This document shows positions 1 to 19,861 of a stretch of DNA of 64,000 bases, piece by piece. Every line of letters starts with the position of its first letter. Position 1 is the first letter of the stretch. The notes under the pieces were generated by a model, which made no database searches, was not told the DNA's origin, and saw nothing but the letters and a program-made list of their open reading frames with translations. Made by a program: the position numbers and the translations under genes. This DNA comes from Yuukianura sp. NJ FZ-2021 (lineage: Eukaryota), in assembly GCA_046563655.1 (NCBI GenBank), contig CM102284.1, positions 3,596,001 through 3,660,000 on the forward strand, given 5' to 3'.

Positions 1-87
1 AACTTCCCAAGGTAATTAATCCTCATCACTAAAGTCCAAGTTAGTTCTCCGGAAGTTGTGTCTAAACTGTGTGTTTTGTGTTATAGG

Positions 88-2135
88 GTGACGCTTCAAA
101 GGCTCCGGGATATCGCGGGAATGCTGGAGGATCTCCAGTGCTCCGTCCATTGCAGCAACAGAATCAAACAACCGTGGAGAGCAGCCCTCTATCTTCACAA
201 TTTCAAGGAATTCAAACAGGCAGCGGAATGTTGAACATTGGAGGTGGTCAGCCACTTGTGGGGTTCAGTGGACCGGGACGGAATCCGGGAATGAATATTG
301 GAGGTGGATTGTTGCCTAACAATTACGGAATGGGTGGTTTTGGACAAGAAATTGGATCTGGACTTTTGCCTCAAGGAGGATACGCTGCTAACAGGTCTGT
401 AAAAAGTTTAAAGTTTGTTTTGCTTGCTAGTCTTAGCCCTTCTTTCGTTGCATCAGCTATTGAATGTCGATTTCGCATACTTATGCCTTTGTTCTGTTTC
501 TTTTTGAGAAATCAATTTCCTCTACTAACCATAACACTCTCCATCACTGATCGCGGTTCTGCCCAATTTCTATTTTTGTTCATAAACGACATTGTTTTCT
601 ACTCTCAGCGAATTTAACGTCAAATTCAATTAGTCGCTGACGTCCCTCCTCTCTTTTTCTTGTCGTCTGAGAAGTATTTAAGCTTTTTGTGTGAGTTTGA
701 CATGGCGGCCTCTAACTGGGAAATTTTCGGTTTGTGTTTTGCTTTCGAATGTGCCCTGTCGGTTCCCGGGACCCAAACTAATACAAAAACAGTGGTGGTG
801 GTGTCCCTGCTGCCGGGATTTGCTCATCCCAAGCGCCTGCTGAATCATCTTCAACAGTACCAACAAATGTAATAATGTCCTCCAGGCTCAACCCTCGTGC
901 GCCCTGCTTCACGCTGCCACAACACTCGAAAGTGGGATCACCAACTCAGCCGCCAATCTCCATCTTCCAGCAGAGTATTCCTCCAATTCATAACCAGCAG
1001 CTCCATAATTCGTACAAGGTGAACAATGCATACGGAATGCGCAACAGCATGATGTCGGGAGCAAGACCAGGAGGCTCCGCGAGCGGTTTGAATATTCCCG
1101 GTTGGAATCCGTATGGAAATGAGTCCTCAGTTGTGGACCTGCAAAATTTGGCCGTCTTGGCAGCATCGACTGGAACACTGGATCCGCAGATGATGTTTAC
1201 TGGTGTGGATCCCATTGTTCATGACAACTCACAGCAACCAAGTAATCAAAATTTTTATTACAAACTATTGTGTTACACTTTGTTATGTAAAGCTATTATG
1301 TTATACTTTGTTATGTAAATTGTGCAATTAGTTAATTAACTTACGTTTGTTGTAAACAGAACCGATGAAATCAGATGGACGTCTTCCTAGACCGATTGGT
1401 GGGGAGAGAGCATGGAAGAACTCAGTGACTACCAATCCAGGAGCAGGGAATCTGAACAATGTCTCACCTTACAATACGATGGACTGTATGGACTCGAATC
1501 AAGTCTCCGCGCCACAATCTACAACGCAACCCACACTGCCTGGACAAGGTTGGATGGGCTCAGTCTTCGCTCCACCTCCGTTTCCTCCGGTGTCAAACCA
1601 AAATCCTAACAATGGAATGCTCGGAAACCACCAGCGAGGAATTGGTGCGGGTGATGGCAGGAATTTCCTGGGTCGTCGTTTTGTTGAAGAAATTGAAGCG
1701 AATCGTTACGCAGAATTGCACCAGGTATGGACTATCGACCTTCCTGGATCATCTCAGATTTGCAGCATTGCATTATATGGATTTGTTCTTTAGATTATTG
1801 ACGGACAACACCGAATGATGAACGGCGGTCTTGGACCTCCTCCTCCTATGCATCTTGGGGGAAATCTCCAGCATCCGGGGATGATGTTTCCATTTGGACC
1901 GCCAATGGACAATATGGAACCACATCTTACACCGAAAGTGGATCAGCACTCGAACTCTTGGGATGCCCACTTTCATATGGAAGATAAACACAACGTGGTA
2001 ATGTTACAATCTTTACTTCTCTCAACACCCCCAATCTTAGCGTTTTGCATCAATGACTGCTGTTTTCGCAAATCAACCACTCTAATTTGTAACAATTTTT
2101 TGATGTAGGGATGGAACTCGAAATGGGGAAACTGA
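88..2135 (+). CDS. mask: 3' exons of a Mask/ANKHD1/ANKRD17-like protein (partial; gene starts upstream of the window)
   Basis: Manual GT-AG splicing (exons approx. 88-393, 792-1240, 1360-1724, 1793-1997, 2109-2135) gives a G/P/Q/N-rich tail. It contains RLPRPIGGERAWK, resembling the PIGTER motif of the Mask/ANKRD17 C-terminus, and ends GWNSKWGN*. The ankyrin and KH domains are not in the window. Confidence 0.7.
1265..1319. repeat. 28-bp imperfect tandem duplication in an intron
   Basis: ctattgtgttacactttgttatgtaaag followed by ctattatgttatactttgttatgtaaa. Confidence 0.85.
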
Positions 2136-2616
2136 AAAGTGATTTTCCTATGCAGACAGGACGCAGTTGAACAAGAAAAGATTATGTTAAACATAAATTC
2201 GAATCCTAAGAATCATGACACCTTATTACCTTGGTAGGCGTGCAGTAAACACTGAAATGTGGAAAGTAATTTGTGTACTTTGTATCTTATTTCAGAAAGT
2301 TTAGCTTTGTCGTCCTCAATCTAGGCTTCCTAACTAATTTATCGGTTCTAAATACTGAATAAGAAACTCAGCCTTAAATACTATTATTCGTGATTTGATC
2401 TTTACTGGCCCTCCGCTGCTCTCACGAATCACAAAATAACGTAATGCAAAAAAAGTATATAGTTAGCATTGAAGTTCAAACGTTTCGCTCCAGTTCTGGT
2501 GACATTTTATTACTAAGTCTTTTAGTTTTCCATTCAAACTGCGACGACTGATGTCCATGAAGGTAAACAGGTTGTAATAAATATTTGAAGAACACGAGAT
2601 GGCCGAGTCGGGAAAG

Positions 2617-5600
2617 TCAGCTAGCGAAGGGGTCAGAGTTCTCGAAAGGATCTTCGTATCGATAGTTCTTGAACGGGTCTTCAGTGAATTCTAGTTGAGG
2701 TGGAGATACAATATTGTTTCTGGTGGTTCCTCTTGTCCTGGCGTTGTGGTTATTGTTTAAGTTTGAAATAGTTTTTCCGTTATGGTTGATTGTGGAGTTG
2801 TTGAAGCTACTCGTCCAGTCCTACGGTGGATAAATCGTCGAGATAAACGAGAACAAAAAATGAACGAAAAAAAATTTAAATGAGTATAATGAACACAATG
2901 ATGGGATCACTGCAGTAAAAGAGTCAAAGAGCAAAGAACAAGAGAAATGTTAGTAGTGAATTTTGAAAATTTGAAAATAAAGAAATAAATGGAACCAACG
3001 CTTACTTGACTATCGAATTGAGAGAAATCCGCAAAACCTCCATCGCCAAATTGATCTCCTTGGGAAAACGGATCTTGCTTGGCTGTAAATCAAGAAAAAA
3101 TGTGAATTTAGTGATTAACTTAACGTAAAGGCTAACCGATGTGACTCTGAAATGGCTTACGTTGTTGTTGGGGTGGTGGAGGCCTCATTGCCGGAGGTGG
3201 TGGTCTAGCAGGAACATTTTTCGGTGGAGCAGGTCTTGGTGGGCCTTTCTTAGGTGGTAAAGCGGGAGCAACTTCGGCTTCAAACGGGACCGATCCAAAT
3301 GGATCGCTGCTAAATCCAGGACTGAAACCAGCCGAATTTCCAGAAGGCGCGAAGGGATCTTCGTTTCTGCTAAATGAATCCGAGGATTTGACTGGAGCAA
3401 AGGGATCATGATCCCATGACGTGACGCTTGATCCATTGTTATTCGTCTGAGGTGGCCCAAAAGCGTCGAAATTTTGCGGGAATCCATTAGTTGTTCGTTT
3501 GTCTTTCGTATCTTCCATACTGCGAGTCATCGATGGAGATGTTGAACCAATCAATTCATCAAATTCTGATTTGACATCACGCAGCTCCGGTTCAGTTACG
3601 GTGTATGCGTTGTTGGAGTCAATTGCGGAGGTGTACTTGGCGATAGAAACCTTCATTGTTTGTTCAACATCAACTAATCCTGTTAGTCTCGTGTTGGACT
3701 AAAGCAAAACCATTATAATGAATTATTGAGACATTAAGAAAAGTAATTAGGAAGAGATGTCATTACTTGACTAATTTGTAGAAGTGTTTCCTGGAGTAGA
3801 ATACCAAGTTTCTCAATATCCTTTCCGCAGAGGACTAGCTGATTCTTCAGATCTACTTCTTCAGCATCAAAAGCGTCAAGTTCTTTAGCTTTAGAGGATA
3901 ACTCGGATTCTTGGGCTGACAATTTCACTTCTTGCTCCTCAGCTTGAAATCGAAGTGCTGACACCTTAATGAAGCAAACAAATAGCGACACTTCAAAATC
4001 TATCTAATAAATCTCAAATATCTAGATATTTACAGTAACTGACAGACCTGTCCATCTAATTCACTCAGTTTCCCATGCGCCACACTCTTTTGATTTTCCA
4101 ATTGTTTGAGCGTTGCTACTAAAGTATCTAGCTCGGCCTGGAGAGACCTGGTTTCCCCATTCTTTATCTTCTTGTCGCATTCCTTCGCTGCAATTTCCAT
4201 TTCGAGTGCTAGCTTTTCTTGTGTCAGCTCGTTAATTTCCTTCATCATTGACTCAAACTCAGGCGGCAACGCAGGTTCCACTGGAGCCTGCAAAACAATG
4301 TACACGAATATAAAAGAGGAACTGAGGATTACAATGTAAACATTGGAAAATACTTCTGGTGGAGTAACCCCCGGTGGAAACATTTCGGGTGCCAATGCAG
4401 AAGGTGGGTTTATTCCTCTCAAAGCATTGGAGACAAGCCACATGGCCAGTGTAAACTGATCGCAATCCAACTTGCCACTCTGATCGAAGTCACATAAGTT
4501 CCAAATATGAGCTAGAGTTTGTTGTGACAGTCCTGACTGAAGAAAAACACCTAAATGACAGGAGCAAAGTTTTCCATGAAAATAATCTTACAGAGCAAAG
4601 TTCAATAATAAATTCAGAGGAAGTACTCCGTATTTTTCTACTTCTAGTTCAATATTGTTAGTGTTACCTTTAATTTCTCCTCCCGACACGTATCCATCAA
4701 GATCCAAATCCGTAGAGTGGAAAAGTGCCTTGAACTTTGCCCTTTCATCGTACGGAACTACCCAATTATCTTTGGCTGGCATGGGCTGTTGGATTGATTG
4801 AATTCCCAAAACGTCAATGGAAGAACTCATTGATCCTGATTGTGGAATAAGAGTATGTTGCTGCGATTGAGGTCTTGGCAAATCCACCGGTAAAGGCTTA
4901 ATCGGAACTGGCGTTGGAATACGTTGATTGTCGAGCAGTTGCTGGAGTTCGAGCGGCAGGGTAGTTGGTAGCGGGACTTTTTCTAAACATTTGTATACTA
5001 ATTGCAGTGCTATTACAAACTCCATTTCACTTAGCGATCCATCTTTGTCCGCATCCGCCAAATCCCAAATTTTGCCTAGCGTATCCACTGGAAGTTTGGA
5101 GTCGATAAGCATGGATTTCGCTTTGCCTCCAGGGATTTTCCCATTCTCAGGACCAAGGTTGCAGTATATTTGTTTGTACTTTATCATATCAGCTTCTTTT
5201 ATGTTCCAATCTCCTCCAGGTGAAATTGTTACCGGTTGGGGAGGCTTGATTGGTTCATTTCGAGGTGCCGTATTTACAGGAGCCCTAACTGCATTCTAAA
5301 AGACATAAAACGATGAATCGTAAACCAATGTTCTAATTCTAAAAAGGACCAGATTTCGATTTAGAATACTTTTTACCATTTCCGGTTCCGGAACGTTGTC
5401 ATCCAGTATTGCTGAGAGAGTTACATCACGTCCGTTCTGTGCAAATGCGACTAATTTCAACGCCACGTATACGCCCAACTTGTCTAGATATCCCTTTCCA
5501 TTCGGGTCGGACAAGTCCCAAATCTGTTGCAATAAACAAGGACTTTTAAATTGTAATATCAGAAATCAGAATCAACTTCCAGACAAACTAATTAGAAATC

Positions 5601-6995
5601 TCAAAAAGGTTGTATAATGATAGTAAGCAGACTACTAATAAAAGTCTTTTTGAGTTGTCATAGGTCAAGTCTCTCAAAAAAAATCTAAAGTAAAACAGAC
5701 TAACCTTATATTGCTTTAACAATATAACTAAAAAAACTTCTCGGAGTTTTCGTGGTAAAAGCAACAAGCATAAATCAATTTTAGAGATGCAGTTCTTACT
5801 TTGCTCAGTATTGCATCTGATAGTGCAGACCTTTTCAGGAATTTGGCAGCCTCCATCGCTGCTACTTGTCCCTTCCCGGAAGGATCCAAAGAAACATAAT
5901 ACGTCTCGAACAGAGGATAGTGCTTCCCGGCGACCTAGTGCAATGATTCAAACAGTTTACATACCTCTGATGTCGTATAGGTGTTCAAAGAAAAATACGA
6001 CACTTTAAAATTGTGATACGACGTTTGAACGCGTCTAGGGCGGAGCCCCAGGCAAGCAGATGCAGAATGCTTAGAAAACACATGTTCCCATAGTAAAAAA
6101 TAAAGCTTCCATATTATGCTTGGTTTCCCCAAATTGTACATTGGGAGTGTATCCTTTCTTTTGTGACCCCTTCGCAGCCAAAGTGCTGGGAGTCTCGCTC
6201 AGCAGTCACAAAAGAAAGGTGGCAAAAAAATACACATGCGCAGGCGGAATAAAGTTTTGAAACAAAGCATAGGTTATGAAACTTCAACCCACGACAACTC
6301 CGATTTTAGTTAGTATTATTCCACTGCGCTGCCTGACTGGGAAAGAAGAACTTTACAAAGAAAACGTAAGATTGTCAAAACGAAATTTGAATTTTTAAAA
6401 ACAGTTATCCTTTAGGTAAGGTTCCAATAATTGTTTTTAATTTGGTGTCATACTCCAGATGGAATTGCCGAACACGGATTTTCCGCAAACTAAAGCCGAA
6501 GCACGAAAATGGTTGAACGAAAACCGAAAAAAGAGTCGATCGGATTTTACAGAATTTGTGAAATACTACATTGAGCACAGGGCAGAGCTCAACCTTTCGG
6601 AGTGTCAGACGAAGGCATTATTTGACCTTCGTGAGATGTGGGTCAAGTCCAAGGGAGTTTACGACTTTCAGTACTACTTTAAAATGAAAGATCACCACAC
6701 AATTCTCAACAATCCACTACTTTACAACAACGACATCTGGAAGAAGTACATTCATGAATTTTTGCATTGGAGGACACGTTTAATGTTCATAGTTCACTTA
6801 CTTTAAATTTACACACACCTTTTCCAATAACTTGTTTTTCACCTTTTTGGCTTATGACGTTAATTTCATTAACTTCTTTAGATATTCCAATTGTCTCTCT
6901 TAATTGGTTAATAACTTTCCTTATATCTAATACGTAGTATTTCAATAAAACTTAATCAGTGAGATTATTACCTGTTTTGGTGTGTTGGCTGCCAT
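2617..6995 (-). CDS. Eps15: Epidermal growth factor receptor substrate 15 (Eps15/Eps15L1), endocytic adaptor
   Basis: A 24-nt first coding exon (6995-6972, MAANTPKQ) splices to VAGKHYPLFETYY. Three EH domains follow (IWDLSDPNGKG, LGKIWDLADADKDG, LAHIWNLCD), then a coiled coil, DPF motifs and a proline-rich segment. Ends YRYEDPFENSDPFAS*. Confidence 0.93.
6153..6219. repeat. Perfect 15-bp inverted repeat with 37-nt spacer (hairpin)
   Basis: cctttcttttgtgac (6153-6167) and gtcacaaaagaaagg (6205-6219). Confidence 0.9.
6276..6806 (+). CDS. Orphan small protein (115 aa, or 145 aa if spliced) nested antisense in Eps15 intron 1
   Basis: ORF 6459-6806 sits directly after an acceptor (ctccag|ATG). 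An upstream ATG-initiated 30-codon exon (6276-6365) ends at a phase-0 GTAAG donor, and AATAAA occurs near 6944. No family recognised. Confidence 0.55.
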
Positions 6996-8043
6996 AATAC
7001 CCACAAACTGCTATATTGGGATGGGATAAAAAAATATTTCAACATTATTAATTATTATTATGAGAAAGAATGATATTCAAATTATTAATTCAGATCCAAT
7101 ATCACTTCGTTATCACTGCCAAGCCAAGGCCAACTGTGATTCGTCGCCATCACGCTTAACCTAATCTATTTCGAATTGCTAGGTTAGGTTAGATTAGAAT
7201 TCATAAAACCTAAGTTATGTTTAGGTGTCATGTTAATGAAAGCGAACAAATCCACGCCCTTGACCCGAACTTTACTCCTGTTGTACAATATCTTCATATA
7301 CGGAATATGTGATATTGACCGTAGCGACTTAAGGGAACGACTGCGATACACTAGTTAATTAACAAGTTCTAAATACTACATTATGTTTATGGTAAACTCA
7401 ATTACCTCTTAACCGAATTATTGCCAGTTACTGATAGGCTGACGGCTTCTCCGTTCTGTCGGTCTCAACAGCTGGGTTTGTAAGTAGTTACAAATAATCC
7501 AACTTCCTCCCAATTGTAATATCACTGTCAATTCTTTCAGTTTGAGTGAACTTGGTTATTTGCCAATAAACACTTCCATCGTCCTCAGCAAGTCGATTAC
7601 ATTTGGGTTTTTTGATTATCTGGATGTGGTTGAAGTTGAAGAGTAGTGACTCACGGGCTCTTCACTTGGACTTTCTGGAACCCTCCCATTTCTGGTTCTC
7701 CCGAGTCCGACCTTTTAGCTTTCGCACTTTCGCCATTACATCCCTAAAACTTCCTGCTGAATTGTCGCAGGCGTCGCAACCGCTTTCCTGGTTACAACAA
7801 TGCATGTCAAAGTGACCGTGAGCTAAAAACGACTAAACAATTCAAAAGTTAACCAAAAATTTCTGGTTGCATAAACTAATATAAGCTGGACATTTATTAT
7901 TTCTCTCAAGATTTAAGAATAATTCCAATCACCGTTTAATACTAGGTAGTAGACAGATAATTAATTTAAACAAGGCCGCTAATAAATACGCCCAAAGCAC
8001 TAATACATGTATCAATAATTAATAAATTGAGGTTTTTAACGAG

Positions 8044-17694
<9,651 letters not shown>

Positions 17695-18879
17695 TTCGAC
17701 ATTCAAGCGACAGTTTATGAAAAGATCTACAAAATTCAGAAAGTTAAAAGACAATCTTGATAGCCGCTCAGCTCATTCGAGGTTAGTTCACAACAAAACT
17801 ATTAAAATACAACCTACCGAACAAGATCGTGACTAAGACTGACCATACAAGTTGAAGTTGACTTTTCAAAAAGAAACATTGAATCGTTGGAATGAGAAAT
17901 TAATTTACATTTAATTTACCTTCTACGAAGGGAAGAAATGTCGCCTACTGAATTCATCAATCATCAGCTGACAAGAAATTAGCACATTGGTGTTGAAATT
18001 GAGGTAATGGAGTTCAGTCACACAACTCAAATTATGGTATGTCCCAAATCCAATTCGAGTATCAAAGAACGAACTCATTTGAGTAAACGTTGATGTTTGA
18101 GTGACGAGAGAATAGGGTCCTTGCCAAATAACAAAGTAATTTACATGATTTCATTGTTATGTTTTGGCGTTGAGTCGATGAGACGGCGGGACTCTCCTTT
18201 CGTTCTCATTCAAAATCCTGATGCGCCTGTCCAAGCAATCGACAGTCTATGGCGTACTAGCTTACTTGCACTTCACAAGATCTACACGAATAATAATAAA
18301 TCGTTATTAACATTAATAGTAAGCACATAACATTGTTTTGCAGCAAAAACCGATACCTTAGGCTTTTGACTCCAATCCAGGCCTAAGCAATTTATACCAA
18401 TAGACTACAAATTATAAAGCGTCAGCTAAAATCATACACACAAAATTGTTTAATTTCAAAACTGTGGAGAGAAAACCAGTGAAATTACGCGAATTGCAAA
18501 AATTTCATCATAAAAGTTTAACTGAAGTTTCACATTTTCACCTGAAGTTTCACCTTTTTCGCCATGTTTAACCAAATTTCAACTCGTTCCTACAAAAACA
18601 AAATAGTAGGGGTGTATGGTTTTAGCTGGCGCTCACTGTACTGCAAAACTTTTATTATCATGAGAAATAGATTTTTAGCCAGGGTATTTCGCTGCCAACA
18701 CATTATCAGAGAGAAAAACCAGTAAGCAATATTTCTAGGCAAGTATATAATAGTATATTAGACAAGACAGTTGGCATTTTTATTGGGTGAGGTCAACGCA
18801 AGTCATAATGATATTGGATTCTTATGCAGTCACTTCCATCCGACACAAGGTGGAGTGTTGTTCACAGACTGTTTGTCGC

Positions 18880-18901
18880 TGACGTGAGAAACTTCACGTC
18901 A
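18880..18901. promoter_or_regulatory. Inverted pair of CRE/UPRE-like sites between the divergent enok and sqd genes
   Basis: TGACGTGA-gaaact-TCACGTCA. Confidence 0.35.
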
Positions 18902-19861
18902 TCGTGGGGGATGGAACAAAACAAACTTAAAACATCCTCAGTGCAAGAGGGTATTCTCACTTTCTTATTACGTCTTAGTATGGATGTACCGCTGGGACAT
19001 TGTACCAGAAAAGCGCATAGCGACAGCTCTTGGGTGTAATAAGGAGGCAGACCACTTTATTATTATCCTCGTTGGTGTACATTTGTACCTCGTTTGAGAT
19101 CACTCACCCCCTCCCTCCCCTGCCTCTGCGCAAACAGTGAGCTTCTTATCCGCATTTGATATTGAGGGGTATGCCAAGAGGAGATGTTAACGACGTGTAA
19201 AGGGTCATTTACACCTTCAATTGGTGCACTCGCGCAGAATTGATCAATGTTACAAAGATGCACTAGCGCTTCTCTACAATTGCGCCTTGCGCCGCACCCT
19301 CAGTTCACCCTGCTTCCCCAACCGCTTCAACTAGGACCCACTCTTCATGCTATAACTATAACGTAGTAACATGTGTAGCGTGAAGATTTTAACCGTTCAG
19401 AGTCAGACTCGAAGTTAAATTGTTAATTAAACTAAGGTTCATCTTTTGAGGTCCGTTTGAGAAGTTTGTATTTCGACTTCGAGTGCATATAGGCAGAAAT
19501 TGCGTAGTTGTACGCGCGGCGACACAAATCAGGCACGAAATAATATTTCGGCATTGACAGTCGCCGCTAATTCAGTCTGGTTGGTAGTATACTTAATTGA
19601 GGTACATTTTTACTCACTTCACTACTGTTTCTGGAGAGTTATTTATTACCATTTGTTTTGTAGTTTAGGTGTGGTATGTTTTCAATGTCAATTACTTATA
19701 CTACCATGTAAGTTATACGGTAACAGTTTAACGATAATTACGTTTGTTTTTATCCAGCAGGACTGAAGCGAACTGGAATCGTAAGCGAGAAAATACAGAA
19801 CTTGGTCGAGGGTTCCAAAAATTCAAGATAAAAATAGTTGGGGAAACCATTATTGTTAAAA

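Noticed and set aside
2476..2619. Readthrough of the Eps15 TGA-C stop (46-codon open extension)
   Set aside because: The extension runs through the likely poly(A) signal and has no UIM or DPF content
5935..6000. Helitron-like 3' end (hairpin plus CTAG)
   Set aside because: The CTAG is the Eps15 splice acceptor. There is no A/T insertion site and no matching 5' end.
7158..7225. TTAGG/CCTAA arthropod telomere-like motifs
   Set aside because: Only 1-2 tandem units, and similar motifs are scattered throughout the window
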